In this document: one piece after another, positions 53,012 to 63,783 of the stretch
How the letters are laid out: each line of letters begins with the position of its first letter
Numbering within the stretch: the first letter of the stretch is position 1
DNA from: an uncultured Bacillota bacterium
GTDB taxonomy: Bacteria > Sysuimicrobiota > Sysuimicrobiia > Sysuimicrobiales > Segetimicrobiaceae
Assembly (NCBI GenBank): GCA_963804645.1
Contig: CAWDRG010000022.1
Location: 1-64,000, forward strand
Direction: 5' to 3'
Length of the DNA: 64,000 nt
Made by a program: the position numbers and the translations under genes
Notes under the pieces: model-generated
Seen by the model: only the letters and a program-made list of their open reading frames with translations
Told to the model about the DNA's origin: nothing
The model's database searches: none

Positions 53012-53880
53012 GCCGCCGCCGCGAGCTGGAACGCCGCTGCCGCACGCTCGGCGAGATTCGCAACATCATGGACTCGATGAAGACGCTGGCCTACCTGGAG
53101 ACGCGAAAGCTGACTCGGTTTCTGGCGGCGCAACGCGCCGTCGTCGCGCACCAGCGGGCGGTGGCCGACGACCTGCTCGCCCACTACCCCGAGACGCTTG
53201 CGCCGGCGGTGCCGTCACTCTCGGTCTACGTGCTGATCGGCTCGGAACGCGGGTTCTGCGGCAGCTTCAACCAGACGATCCTGACGGCATGGGACGCGGT
53301 TGCCGAGACGGCGGGCGGCGCGGCGGTGGTCCTGCCGGTGGGACGCCGGCTGTGCGCGCATCTGGAAGGCTCGCCTCGCGCGGCCGCGTTCGTGGCGGGC
53401 GCCGCCTCGGTGGACGAGGTGCCGGACACGCTCAACCGGATCACCGACGCGCTGGCGTCGCTGCAGGCGCGCCACGGCGGCCTCGCGGTGACGGCCGTCT
53501 ACCACGATCCGGACCTCACGGAGGTCGCGATCGAACGGTTGCTGCCGCCGTTTGGCGCTCCGGAGGTCCGCCGCCGGCGGTTCGCGTGCCCCCCGATGCT
53601 AACGCTGCCGCCCGACGCGTTCCTGGCCGCGCTCGTGGACGAGTACCTGTTTGCCACGCTGCACCAACTTCTCTATCTCTCGCTGATGGCCGAGAACCTC
53701 CGGCGAACGCAGCACCTGGATGGCGCCGTGCGGCACCTAGACGATGAGACCGCGGCCCTGCAGCGCCGGGTGAACGCCGCGCGCCAGCAGGAGATCATCG
53801 AGGAGATTGAAGTCATTCTGCTCAGCGCCGGCCAGACGGAGGGCCCGCTGCCGGGCCGTCCGGGCGACGCGCGCAAGTAG
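53008..53880 (+). CDS. atpG: N-type F-ATPase gamma subunit
   Basis: [31 protein letters not shown]. Confidence 0.94.
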   Translation: MSRRRELERRCRTLGEIRNIMDSMKTLAYLETRKLTRFLAAQRAVVAHQRAVADDLLAHYPETLAPAVPSLSVYVLIGSERGFCGSFNQTILTAWDAVAETAGGAAVVLPVGRRLCAHLEGSPRAAAFVAGAASVDEVPDTLNRITDALASLQARHGGLAVTAVYHDPDLTEVAIERLLPPFGAPEVRRRRFACPPMLTLPPDAFLAALVDEYLFATLHQLLYLSLMAENLRRTQHLDGAVRHLDDETAALQRRVNAARQQEIIEEIEVILLSAGQTEGPLPGRPGDARK

Positions 53881-53906
53881 CGTGCCTGCGAGGGTGCCCC
53901 GAGCGT

Positions 53907-54758
53907 TCACGCGAGGTGCGCGCGGTATCGTGCCCCGATCAGTGCCAAAACGTCGTCGCCCGCCATCGCGTGAATCTCTCGATTGAAGATCTCCACCTCG
54001 ATGGGGCCGGCGTACCCGGCGGCATCGACCGCCCGCCGCAGACGCCGGAGTTCGATGACGCCGTCCCCCATCATCCCGCGTCCGAACAGGACGTCGGGAA
54101 GCGGGGTGATCCAGTCGCTCACGTGAAAGCCGAAGATCCTGGCGCCGGCGCGGGCGATCTCCGCGTACACGGCGGGGTCCCACCAGATGTGATAGACGTC
54201 GGCGAGGACCCCGACCCGGCCCGGCTGGAATCGCTCCGCCAGCGTCGTCGCCTCGGCCAGGGTGGTGATGACCGACCGGTCCGCGGCGAACATCGGGTGG
54301 AGCGGCTCAACCGCGAGCCGGACCCCAGCGGCGGACGCGTCGGGGACGAGCGCCGCGACCGCGTCGCCCACCATCCGCCGGGCCGCGTCCAGGTCGCGGT
54401 CGGGCGCGGGCCCGCAGACGAGCACCAGGGTGTCCGTGCCGAGCGCGTGCGCTGCTTCGAGCGCACGCCGGTTGTCGTCGATGCGGCGCTGCCGCTCGGC
54501 GTGCGTCGCCGCGGGAAACCAGCCCCCGCGGCACAAGCTGGACACGACCACCCCGGCGTCGCGCGCCGCGCGGGCGGCGGCGTCGACCCCGCACTCCGCC
54601 ACCGGCTCCCGCCACAGCCCGATGTGACGGATTCCGTGCCGCGCACACCCTTCCACCGCCTCGCGGACGGTCCACCCGGGCACCGTCATCTGGTTGAGAC
54701 TCAGGCGATCGGCCGGGCCGACCGGTCCCTCCCCCGTCCGCGCGTCGGATGGGATCAC
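53907..54758 (-). CDS. Sugar phosphate isomerase/epimerase (xylose isomerase-like TIM barrel)
   Basis: SLNQMT, SLCRGG, EPLHP, DVYHIWWD, HVSD, EVEIF. Confidence 0.9.
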   Translation of the reverse strand: MIPSDARTGEGPVGPADRLSLNQMTVPGWTVREAVEGCARHGIRHIGLWREPVAECGVDAAARAARDAGVVVSSLCRGGWFPAATHAERQRRIDDNRRALEAAHALGTDTLVLVCGPAPDRDLDAARRMVGDAVAALVPDASAAGVRLAVEPLHPMFAADRSVITTLAEATTLAERFQPGRVGVLADVYHIWWDPAVYAEIARAGARIFGFHVSDWITPLPDVLFGRGMMGDGVIELRRLRRAVDAAGYAGPIEVEIFNREIHAMAGDDVLALIGARYRAHLA

Positions 54759-54764
54759 GACACG

Positions 54765-55931
54765 CTACTCGATGCCGGAGACGGCCAGGACCGTGCGCAT
54801 GCGCGCGGCGGCCAGCTCCGGATCGCGCAGCAGCCGGGCCCGGTCGGCAAGCTCCAGCACGCGCCCGAGATGTACCACCGACCTGGCGCTCTCCAGCCCT
54901 CCGACCATGCGGAAGTGCGACTGATGCCCATTCAGATACGCGAGGAAGACGACGCCGGTTTTGTAATAGAAGGTGGGGGCGCCAAAGATGTGCCGCGAGA
55001 GCGGCACGGTCGGCGCGAGGATCGCCTCGTACGCGTCGACCGCGCCGCGGTCGAGCGCCTGCAGCGCCGCGGATGCCGCCGGCGCGATGGCGTCGAAGAT
55101 ACCGAGCAGCGCGTGACTGTGCCCCCGCGCATCCCCCCGGATCAGCTCCGCGAAGTTGAAGTCGTCGCCGGTGTAGGTACGCACGTCGTGCCGGCTCAGC
55201 CGCTCGCGGAGCGCAAGCTCCCGCTCCCCCTCGAGCAGCGAGATCTTCACGCCGTCGATCTTGGACGCGTGCGCGGCCACGATCTGCAGCACGACGTCGG
55301 TGGCACGGTCCAGGTCCCGGACGCCCCAATAGCCGGCGAGCTGCGGGTCGAACATCTCGCCCAGCCAGTGCAGGATCACGGGGCGCGACACCCGCGACAG
55401 GACGTGGCCGTAGACCCGCCGATACTCGTCCGGGTCCGCGGCGCGCGCGGCCAGGTGGCGACTCGCCATCACCACCACGGTGGCGCCGGCGTCTTCGATG
55501 ACCGCGCACTGTTCGTCGTACGCCCGCTCGATCGCCGCGAGATCCGCCGGACCCGGCGGCAGCTGGTCGGTGTTCGCGCCGCAGGCAAGCCCGCCGCCCA
55601 CGGCGCGGGCCTCGGCCGCCGTCCGCTGAATGAGCTCCCGGCACGCCGCCCAGCCGAGCCCCATCCCCCGCTGGGCCGTGTCCATCGCGTCCGCGACCGA
55701 CAGGCCGAGCGACCAGAGATAGCGCCGGTAGGCGAGCGTCGCGTCCCAGTCCAGCCGCGCGTCGCCCGCTGACGTCGGCTCCGCGAACGGGTCGGCGACC
55801 ACGTGCACCGCCGCATACGCGACCCGGTTCCGGAACGGTCCCGCCGGCTGCCCGTACGGGGACGCCTCCCCGAGCGTGTGCCGCACGAGACTCCGGTCCG
55901 CGCGGGGCAGGACGACCCAGGGACGCGTCAC
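54765..55931 (-). CDS. DUF993 / dihydrodipicolinate synthase-like protein
   Basis: AYAAVHVV, AMDTAQRGMG, HWLGEMFDP, KISLL, YTGDDFN. Confidence 0.88.
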   Translation of the reverse strand: MTRPWVVLPRADRSLVRHTLGEASPYGQPAGPFRNRVAYAAVHVVADPFAEPTSAGDARLDWDATLAYRRYLWSLGLSVADAMDTAQRGMGLGWAACRELIQRTAAEARAVGGGLACGANTDQLPPGPADLAAIERAYDEQCAVIEDAGATVVVMASRHLAARAADPDEYRRVYGHVLSRVSRPVILHWLGEMFDPQLAGYWGVRDLDRATDVVLQIVAAHASKIDGVKISLLEGERELALRERLSRHDVRTYTGDDFNFAELIRGDARGHSHALLGIFDAIAPAASAALQALDRGAVDAYEAILAPTVPLSRHIFGAPTFYYKTGVVFLAYLNGHQSHFRMVGGLESARSVVHLGRVLELADRARLLRDPELAAARMRTVLAVSGIE

Positions 55932-55953
55932 CGCGGCGCCTCGACGCGGCGGC

Positions 55954-57105
55954 TCACAGGGTCAGCTCCGGCACGTCGATCCACCGTCGTTCGCGCCACG
56001 ACCGCAGCCCGGCCTCGGCGAGCTGGACTCCCTTCGCGCCCTCGAGGAACGACCACGGGAACGGCGTGCCCTGCGCCACGTGACGCAGAAACAGCTCCCA
56101 CTGCACCTTGAACGCGTTGTCGAACCGCTGGTTGTCCGGCACCTCCTGCCAGTGATCCCGGTAGACCTCGGGGGTCGGACGATCGGGGTCCCAGACCGCG
56201 CGGACCGTGTTCGCGCGATGCTGGACCGTGCACCCCCACAGCCCCGCGACCGCGCTGCCGTCGGTTCCGTCGACCTGGACGCTCAGCAGCTCGTCCCGGT
56301 ACACCCGCACGCACCACGAGGAATTGAACTGGGCGATGACTCCGCCGTCCAGCTCGAACGCCGCGTACGCGGCGTCCGCCGCGGTGCCGGCGTAGGGCTC
56401 GCCGCGCTCGTCGACCCGGCGCGGGATGTGCGTCGCGCCGACGCAGACGACGCGCCGCACCGTCCCGAAGAGACCGTCCAGCACGTACCGCCAGTGGGGA
56501 AACATGTCGAGGATGATCCCGCCGCCGTCCTCTTTCCGGTAGTTCCACGACGGGCGCTGCGCGGGCTGCCAGTCGCCCTCGAACACCCAGTAGCCGAACT
56601 CTCCCCGCACCGACAGCAGCCGGCCGAAGAAGCCCCCGTCGAGGAGGCGCTTGAGCTTGCGCATCCCGGGCAGAAACAGCTTGTCCTGCACGACCCCGTT
56701 CCGGACCGAGGCCGCGGCCGTGAGGCGCGCGAGGTCGAGACTGGTCTCGAGATCGTCGGCGAGGGGCTTCTCGACATAGACGTGCTTGCCCGCGCGGATC
56801 GCCCGGCGCGTGGCGTCGGCCCGCGCGGACGTCACTTGGGCGTCAAAGTAGATCTGCGCCGCCGGATCGCCGAGGCAGCCGTCCAGGTCGGTGCTCCACC
56901 GCTCGAGCCCGAACCGAGCCGCGAGCGCGGCCAGCTTGCCGCCGTCGCGCCCGACGAGGATCGGTTCCGGCCAGACGACGTCGCCGCTGTCGAGCGCCAC
57001 CCCGCCCTGGTCGCGGATCGCAACGATCGAGCGCGCGAGGTGCTGGTTTGTGCCCATGCGGCCGGTCACCCCATTCATGACGATCCCCAACGTGACTCGG
57101 GCCAC
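55954..57105 (-). CDS. Gfo/Idh/MocA family oxidoreductase
   Basis: NGVTGRMG, GKHVYVEKP, GGGIILDMFPH. Confidence 0.92.
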   Translation of the reverse strand: MARVTLGIVMNGVTGRMGTNQHLARSIVAIRDQGGVALDSGDVVWPEPILVGRDGGKLAALAARFGLERWSTDLDGCLGDPAAQIYFDAQVTSARADATRRAIRAGKHVYVEKPLADDLETSLDLARLTAAASVRNGVVQDKLFLPGMRKLKRLLDGGFFGRLLSVRGEFGYWVFEGDWQPAQRPSWNYRKEDGGGIILDMFPHWRYVLDGLFGTVRRVVCVGATHIPRRVDERGEPYAGTAADAAYAAFELDGGVIAQFNSSWCVRVYRDELLSVQVDGTDGSAVAGLWGCTVQHRANTVRAVWDPDRPTPEVYRDHWQEVPDNQRFDNAFKVQWELFLRHVAQGTPFPWSFLEGAKGVQLAEAGLRSWRERRWIDVPELTL

Positions 57106-57222
57106 GGTGCGCTCCTCCATCTCCTGAGACCAGTCGGCCCAGTGTTCTCCACCCCCGGAGGTGTGCTCCTCCGTTGTCCCGATCGGCTTGGCGGGCCACG
57201 CGCCGTCAGGCACAATGGAGGC

Positions 57223-58305
57223 ATGCCGACGGCGTTCACCGCCAGGCTGAGCCTGAGATGGTGCTTACTCCTCATTCCGCTCTCCGTGGTCCTGTCCGTG
57301 ATCGCGACGGCGGTGCCGAACGGGGCGCTCCTCGCCTTCCTCGCCGCGGCGGGTGCGCTCATGCCCCTGGCTGAACTGATCGGCGTCTGCACCGAGCAGA
57401 TCGCCGTGCACGCCGGGCCGCGCACGGGGGGCCTGCTCACCGCGACGTTCTCAAACGTGCCCGAGCTGATCCTCGCCGTCTTCCTGCTCGCCGGCGGTCA
57501 GGCCGTGATCGTCAAGGCCTCGCTCACGGGCTCAATCGTCGCGAACATCCTGCTCGTGCTCGGCGCGGCGTTCCTCGCCGGCGGCCGCGGACAGCGGGTC
57601 CAGCGCTACAGCGCCGCGGCCGCCGGGGTGCACGCCACCACGCTGACCCTCGCCGTGATCGGCTTTCTGATGCCCGGCGTGTTCGTGCTGACCACGGGCG
57701 CCCACGATGCCTTTCAGCTGGAGGTCGTCAGCACGGTCGTCGCGGTCGTGCTGATCACGCTGTATCTCGCCGCCCTCGTCTTCACGCAGGCGAACCGGGA
57801 CAGCTTGTTTCGCGCCCCGAAGATGGAGGACGGCGCCGTCTGGTCCCTGGCGCTGAGCGTCGTCCTCCTCGTGCTCGCGGCCGGGGCGACCGCCCTGGAG
57901 GCCGGGCTGCTGGTGCGGGCGCTCGAACCCGCCTTGGCGATCATCGGACTGTCCAAGTTCTTCGTCGGCTTTATTTTGGTGCCCATCATCGGCAACGTCG
58001 CGGAGGCCAGTTCCGCCGTGCGTTTCGCGCTCCGGAACAACCTGGACGTCACGTTTGAGATCGCGATCGGCTCGTCCACGCAGGTCGCCCTCTTCGTCGC
58101 GCCCGCGCTGGTCCTGATCAGCCTGGTGCTGCGGCACCCCATGGATCTAGTGTTTACCGCGTTCCAGCTCACGGCGGTGGGGCTCTCGACGTTGATCTTG
58201 GCGCTCGTCTCCCACGACGGACGAAGCAACTGGCTCGAAGGCGCGCAACTCGTCGCCGCGTACATGATCGTCGCCACCTCGTCGTTCTTCGTAGGATCCC
58301 CGTGA
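57223..58305 (+). CDS. cax: Ca2+/H+ exchanger (CaCA/CAX)
   Basis: TFSNVPE, GSIVANILL, GNVAE, GSSTQVAL, SNWLEG. Confidence 0.92.
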   Translation: MPTAFTARLSLRWCLLLIPLSVVLSVIATAVPNGALLAFLAAAGALMPLAELIGVCTEQIAVHAGPRTGGLLTATFSNVPELILAVFLLAGGQAVIVKASLTGSIVANILLVLGAAFLAGGRGQRVQRYSAAAAGVHATTLTLAVIGFLMPGVFVLTTGAHDAFQLEVVSTVVAVVLITLYLAALVFTQANRDSLFRAPKMEDGAVWSLALSVVLLVLAAGATALEAGLLVRALEPALAIIGLSKFFVGFILVPIIGNVAEASSAVRFALRNNLDVTFEIAIGSSTQVALFVAPALVLISLVLRHPMDLVFTAFQLTAVGLSTLILALVSHDGRSNWLEGAQLVAAYMIVATSSFFVGSP

Positions 58306-58402
58306 CGGCGAGACACGCGCGTTGCAATGCGGACGGCGTCGTGCTATGCCAACCAGGGACCGGAGTGCGGACACACGATCGCGCCGGCGGGGAGACGTGG
58401 GG

Positions 58403-59182
58403 ATGAAGTTCGGCTGCTGCGTGTCAGGGTTTGATCAGGTGGCCGCGGTCGAGGCCGCCGGGGCCGACTACTACGAACTGCCGGTCGCGACCGCCGTCAT
58501 GGCGGACGGCGAGGCCGGCCGCGCGGCGTTCCTGGCGGCGATCCCGCGGTACCGACTCCGGCCGACCGCGTACAACATCCTGTTTCCGCGGACGATCCTC
58601 CTCGTCGGACCGGCGGTCGACCGGGCCGCCGTCGGCCGCTACGTGGTCGAGGCCCTGGACCGCGTCGCGGCGGCCGGCGGGCGCGTGGTGGTCTTCGGGA
58701 GCGGCCGGTCGCGCGCCGTGCCGGATGGAGTCGACCGGGCCAGCGCGCTGGATGAGCTCGAACGGCTCCTCCGCTGGACCGCCGCGGAGGCGAGCAGGCG
58801 GGGCGTGGTCGTCGCGCTCGAACCGCTCCGCCGCGCCGAGAGCAACGTCTTCAACAGCCTCGGCGAATGCGCCGCGTTCCTGCGCGACCGACGGCTCGGC
58901 GAACTCCGGCTGGTGGCCGACTCCTACCATATGGTGGAAGAGGGCGAACCGCTCGAGGCGATCGATGCGGCAGGCGACCGCATCGCACATGCGCACGTCG
59001 CGGACTCGGGTCGGGTGCCGCCCGGCCGCGGACAGTATGAGTTCAGCAGGTTCTTTGCGAGGCTCCACGCCTCGGGGTATCACGGCGACTGCTCGATCGA
59101 GTGCGTCTGGACCGATTTCGCGAGCGAGATCGCGACCAGTCTCGAGGTGGTCCGCCGGGCCGCCGCGGAGGGCGGCTGGTGA
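58403..59182 (+). CDS. Sugar phosphate isomerase/epimerase family protein
   Basis: VFGSG, EPL...E, DSYHM, HAHVAD, PG.G, SIE. Confidence 0.9.
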   Translation: MKFGCCVSGFDQVAAVEAAGADYYELPVATAVMADGEAGRAAFLAAIPRYRLRPTAYNILFPRTILLVGPAVDRAAVGRYVVEALDRVAAAGGRVVVFGSGRSRAVPDGVDRASALDELERLLRWTAAEASRRGVVVALEPLRRAESNVFNSLGECAAFLRDRRLGELRLVADSYHMVEEGEPLEAIDAAGDRIAHAHVADSGRVPPGRGQYEFSRFFARLHASGYHGDCSIECVWTDFASEIATSLEVVRRAAAEGGW

Positions 59183-59308
59183 ACGGGACCCGACACCTGG
59201 GCGAGCGGACGACCGGGTGATCGTCCGCACCGCTCACGACGCCGACGCATAGGAGCGCTCGCGTCCCGGCACAGGGAGGATGCCGGGCGGCGGCGAAGCC
59301 CAGCGCCG

Positions 59309-60010
59309 ATGCACCTCGAGGCCCCTGCGCGCGATCCCGTGTACGTGGCCGAGGTCCTGGCGCGACGGTACGCGTTCGCCTGTCGCGAGGAGTGTCCGTA
59401 CCTCGTCGAGGTGCTCCTCGCGCACGTGCTCATGCTGCGCCGACAGCGGATCCTTCCGGAGCACGACGCCGTGCTCACCCTGCGCGCGCTGCGGTCGATC
59501 ACGCCCGCCAGCCTGCCCCCGTACGATCCTCAATGGGAGGATCTCTACTTTGTCATCGAGACGCACGTCGCACAGGCGACCGGAGGACGCGGAGAGTTCC
59601 GCATCGCGCTGAGCCGCAACGACGCCTGGGCGACGCTCGTGCGCCTCGCCTTGCGTGATCAGACGCTCGGCCTGCTCGCCGCCCTGGACGGGCTGCGCGA
59701 GGCGGTGCTCGATCAGGCCGACCGGCACCGCGGGACGCTGTTTCTAGCCTCTACCCACCAGCAGCATGCCCAGCCGACGACCGTCGCGCACTACCTGCTA
59801 GCCGTCGCCGCGACGCTGGGCCGGTGTGCCGACCGGTACCGGGGCGCGCTCGCGCGTCTGAACCAGAGCCCGCTCGGCGCTGGAGCGCTGACGACCACCG
59901 GCTTCCCGATCGACCGGGCCTACGCCGCGGACCTCCTCGGATTTTCCGGCCTCGTGGAAAACAGCTATGACGCGGGCGCGTCCGCAGACCATGTCGGAGA
60001 ACTCGCGGGC
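59309..60010 (+). pseudogene. N-terminal half of an argininosuccinate lyase-like protein
   Basis: AHVLML, EDLY, SRND, THQQHAQP, SPLGAGAL, LGF...ENSYD; SS.MP.K.NP signature missing. Confidence 0.8.
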
Positions 60011-60011
60011 A

Positions 60012-60170
60012 GCCACCGACTCGAGCTGGTTTCCGCGCGGCTTCGCAGTGCGCTATCTCGAGGAACAGCTCCGGGCGTGCTGGGAGTTGAAGTGCAGTGA
60101 GGCCGACGTCCAGGCGATCTTCGGCGGCAACGCCGCGCGGCTCCTGGGAATCGCGCTGACGAACGGCTGA
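60012..60170 (+). pseudogene. C-terminal remnant of an amidohydrolase_2 protein
   Basis: TDSSWFPRG...IFGGNAARLL in a different frame, starting at the argH breakpoint. Confidence 0.7.
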
Positions 60171-60269
60171 CTCGGCCGGACGCGGATCTGGACGGGCGCG
60201 CTGCGCGGGCCCGGCAACAGCCGGGGCCCCAACAGGTGCGCAGGTCGGGCATGAAAGGAGGGAGCGGCG

Positions 60270-61103
60270 ATGCGAGTGGAGCACAGCGTGGCTCTCGTTA
60301 CCGGCGCGGGACGCGGCCTGGGGTGGGGGATCGCCCGGGCATTCGGCCTCGCCGGCGCGCGGGTCTGCGCGCTCGACATCAACGGCGATGAACTGGAGCG
60401 CTGCGCCCGCGACCTCGCGGCGGACCACGCGGAGTTTCAGGTCTCCCGATCGGATGTGGCCGACCTCGCGGAGTGCCAGCGCGTCGTGCGGGAACTCGTG
60501 GATCGCTGGGGACGTCTGGACGTCGTCGTGCACAACGCGATCTACATGCCGCTCGTGACGTTCGGGGCGACGACGCCGCAGGAATGGTCGCGCCAGCTCG
60601 ATGTCGGGATCGGCGGCCTGTTCAACTGCGCGCACGCCGTCTGGGAACAGATGAAGGCGCAGGGCGGCGGCCACATCATCGGGGTCGCGAGCGGCTCGAG
60701 CGTCCGAGGGTACAAGGAGGAAATCGCATACTGCACCATCAAGCACGGCGTCGAGGGGTTCGTCAAGGCGCTCTCCCTCGAAGCTGCCGCTCACAACATC
60801 GCGATCAACACGATGGGTCCGGGGGCCCGCATCAAACCGACGCGCATGACGTGGGCGGACTACGATCGCGCCCCCGCGGACGTGAAGGCGCGGTGGGCGG
60901 ATCCGGTCGAACTGGGCCGAGGCTTTGTCTGGCTCGCCGCGCAGCCGCCGAGCCGGTTCTCCGGCTATCGCTTCGATGCCGGGACCGTGATGCAGACTAT
61001 CGCGCGGGAGGGCGACGCGTTTGCATTCGCGCCCGAGAAGGTGACGCTCTACCCGGACGATTTCCGCGCACGCCAGGAATGGTACCGCACCTACCCAGAC
61101 TAG
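60270..61103 (+). CDS. SDR family oxidoreductase
   Basis: TGAGRGLG, HNA, YCTIK. Confidence 0.93.
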   Translation: MRVEHSVALVTGAGRGLGWGIARAFGLAGARVCALDINGDELERCARDLAADHAEFQVSRSDVADLAECQRVVRELVDRWGRLDVVVHNAIYMPLVTFGATTPQEWSRQLDVGIGGLFNCAHAVWEQMKAQGGGHIIGVASGSSVRGYKEEIAYCTIKHGVEGFVKALSLEAAAHNIAINTMGPGARIKPTRMTWADYDRAPADVKARWADPVELGRGFVWLAAQPPSRFSGYRFDAGTVMQTIAREGDAFAFAPEKVTLYPDDFRARQEWYRTYPD

Positions 61104-61161
61104 ATCGGGGGCGCGGCGGCCGGTCGGCCATCGACGCCCACCCGAAAAGGAGCCGCAGACC

Positions 61162-62097
61162 GTGCCCAGTATCTATGACTCGCTCAGATGGAACGAACTC
61201 CGCGTCACGGCGCACGCCGCCGCCCAGCACATTCCCCTGAAGTTCGGCGAAGCCGGCACGACCGGCACGCGCGCCACCCTGATCGCCGGGACGCACGGCG
61301 ACGAGGGGCCCTGGTCCGCGCTCGCGATCAAGATGTTCTGCGAGCGGCCGGTCTCCCAGCTCACCGGGCGGTTGCGCGTGATCTTCACCGCGAACGCCCT
61401 CGCCGCGGAGGTCGAGCGGCGCAACTCCTGGATCGACTCGCCGAACTCGATCGACCTGGACAGCGTCTTTCCCGGCAACGCCGAAGGCTCGCACACCGAC
61501 CGGCTCGCGGCCGCCCTCGCGCCCCTCATCGCCGACAGCGACGTCGTCATCGACCTGCACGGGGGCGGCACGTGGTGCATCAACGCGTTCGTGAAGCGGT
61601 TCGAGGGATCCGAGCAGCTGGCCGCCGATCTCGGCGCCCCCTTCATCAGCAACGCGCCGAACAAGCGCGGCGGGCTCACCACCTACGCCCGCTCGCTGGG
61701 GATCAAGGTCGCCAACGTGGAGGTCGGCGGACGGTCGGGCCGAGAGATGTATTGGACCGAACGAAACGTGCGCGGCCTCGAGCGCGCCCTCGCCACCCTC
61801 GGCGTCGTCAAGCCCGACCGGGCCCCCGCGCCCGCCGACCCGGCCATCGATGTCGGTAAGACCGAAGCAATGCGCGCCAAGGTGGGCGGCATCTTCGTGC
61901 CCACCCTGCGCGAGGACGCGGTGGGCACCATCGTCCCGGCCGGCACGGAGCTGGGCAAGATCCTCGACCTGCACACGCTGGCGGAGCTGCAGGTGTTCAC
62001 CGCCCCGTACGAGCGCACCGCGATGATGCTGATGCGTCCCCAGATCTGCACGGTCGAGGGGTCCGCCCTGGTGTATGTCCTCGCGCAGCCGGCCTAG
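61162..62097 (+). CDS. Succinylglutamate desuccinylase/aspartoacylase (M14) family protein
   Basis: GTHGDE, DL..VFPG, IDLHGG, VEVGG, C-terminal barrel-sandwich domain. Confidence 0.9.
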   Translation: MPSIYDSLRWNELRVTAHAAAQHIPLKFGEAGTTGTRATLIAGTHGDEGPWSALAIKMFCERPVSQLTGRLRVIFTANALAAEVERRNSWIDSPNSIDLDSVFPGNAEGSHTDRLAAALAPLIADSDVVIDLHGGGTWCINAFVKRFEGSEQLAADLGAPFISNAPNKRGGLTTYARSLGIKVANVEVGGRSGREMYWTERNVRGLERALATLGVVKPDRAPAPADPAIDVGKTEAMRAKVGGIFVPTLREDAVGTIVPAGTELGKILDLHTLAELQVFTAPYERTAMMLMRPQICTVEGSALVYVLAQPA

Positions 62098-62205
62098 GCG
62101 CCGGGCGCGTCGCGCGGCGGCGCGCGTCGTCGGCTCCCTGGTCGGTCGCGCTCCGCGTCCCGACCGGGGGCCGGGTCGCCTCGGCCGACCGGGGCGATCC
62201 GGCTC

Positions 62206-63783
62206 GTGCTGAGGCTGATCGCCCCGCAGTCGATCCCGGGATTCTTCGCCAACGCGGGCCAGGCCGCGGTCGAGCGTGCGCTCGTGCAGACGCTGCCGGA
62301 CACCGGGCGCGTGCACGTGTGCATCCTCGCGCTCGGCGACGCGGATGATCAAGCGCAGCTGGCGGAGTACTGCCGCCCGCATCTCCGCGACGCCCGCGTC
62401 AGCATCGTCCCATTCGATCCGTCGCTACCGGCGGATCTCCTCGCGGGATACGACGGGCTCATCCTGCACGGGCTGTCGCCGTTTCCCACCGTCCGGCGCT
62501 GGCTCCGGCGAGCGCGGGCCACGCGGCGCCTTCCCGTCGTGCAGCACATCCACAGTCTGTTCTTGGTGGAGTTCGAGCTGCGCCTGTACGCCCAATTATG
62601 GGCGGGCTGGCAGGGATGGCCGCCCGCCGCGTGGGTGGTCCCCACCCACAACACGGCCCGCCGCGCGCAGTTGATGCCGGGGATGCCGTCGGCCTACCCG
62701 CCCATGACTGTGGTCCCGCACGGGATCCTCGGCGATGAGATCAAGACCGGCGACCGGGGGCGCGGGCGGCGGCTCCTCGACGCGTCCGGCGACGATCTGG
62801 TGCTCCTCAGCCTCGCGCGGCTCTCCTCGGAAAAGTGCGACTACGTGCAGCTCGTCCATGCGATGCACGCCCTGCGGCAGACGAGCCCGCTCGGCGGGCG
62901 TCTGCTGCTCGCGCTCGCCGGGGGGTTGGGGCCGGATGACGTGGTGTACATGCAGCGTGTGCGCGCGCTGGTCGACGCGCTCGGCCTGCGCGAGCGGGTC
63001 CGGATCATCGACAACCTGGACGAGGATAAGAAGGCGGATGTCTTGGCCGCCGCCGACCTGTTCGTCTCCCTCGCCCGCAACCCGCAGGAGTCGTTCGGCA
63101 TCGCGCTCCTCGAAGCCCAGGCGGCCGGCCTCCCGATCGTGGCGAGCGACTGGAACGGCTATCCGGAGGTCCTGCCGCCCTGCTACCACGATCGCATGGT
63201 GCCCACCGTGGCGAGCCGCGCGTGCGCCCGGACGCTGAACTGGCGCCGCCTCTCCGACGCGACCGCGATCGACTTCACGGCGCTCGTCGGGCTGCTCCGG
63301 CGGTTCCTTGAGGATCCCGTCCTCCGCGAGGAGGTCGCCCGGGACGGCCGCGAGCACGCCGGGCGGTTCACGTGGCGCGCCACCGCCGAGCGCCTCGTGG
63401 CCGTGTGGGAGGAGCTGGACGCGCGCCACCGAGCCGGGCCAGCCGAGCGGGCCTCCGCCCTGCGCGCCGACCATCTCACGTGGCGGGGAGCCGCCCAGCG
63501 GCTCGTCGCCCTGTGGGAACCGCGACCGCGTCCGTCGCCTGTCGAAGGGCTGGCCACGCACTACACCGATCCGGCGCTCCGCTTCCGCGTGGGCACGGCG
63601 CTTCCGCCTTCGTTCGACGGTGAGGGGATCCCGCCCCGCGCGCGAGATCTCCTCGCGGCCAACGCGGGCCAGATCATGACGGTCGCCGAATGGAGGAACA
63701 CATCCGGCCTCTCGGCGATGTCCTCCGATCGCCTGTTCCTTCAACTCGTCCGCAGCGGTGCCGTGGCGCCGGCGCGAGCGTAA
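62206..63783 (+). CDS. Glycosyltransferase family 4 with C-terminal extension
   Basis: VVPHG, ARL..EK, ADLFV, ESFGIALLEAQAAGLPIVASDW, FTW. Confidence 0.9.
   Translation: MLRLIAPQSIPGFFANAGQAAVERALVQTLPDTGRVHVCILALGDADDQAQLAEYCRPHLRDARVSIVPFDPSLPADLLAGYDGLILHGLSPFPTVRRWLRRARATRRLPVVQHIHSLFLVEFELRLYAQLWAGWQGWPPAAWVVPTHNTARRAQLMPGMPSAYPPMTVVPHGILGDEIKTGDRGRGRRLLDASGDDLVLLSLARLSSEKCDYVQLVHAMHALRQTSPLGGRLLLALAGGLGPDDVVYMQRVRALVDALGLRERVRIIDNLDEDKKADVLAAADLFVSLARNPQESFGIALLEAQAAGLPIVASDWNGYPEVLPPCYHDRMVPTVASRACARTLNWRRLSDATAIDFTALVGLLRRFLEDPVLREEVARDGREHAGRFTWRATAERLVAVWEELDARHRAGPAERASALRADHLTWRGAAQRLVALWEPRPRPSPVEGLATHYTDPALRFRVGTALPPSFDGEGIPPRARDLLAANAGQIMTVAEWRNTSGLSAMSSDRLFLQLVRSGAVAPARA

Noticed and set aside
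62171..62202. GC-rich hairpin before the glycosyltransferase
   Set aside because: No U-tract; cannot be called a terminator
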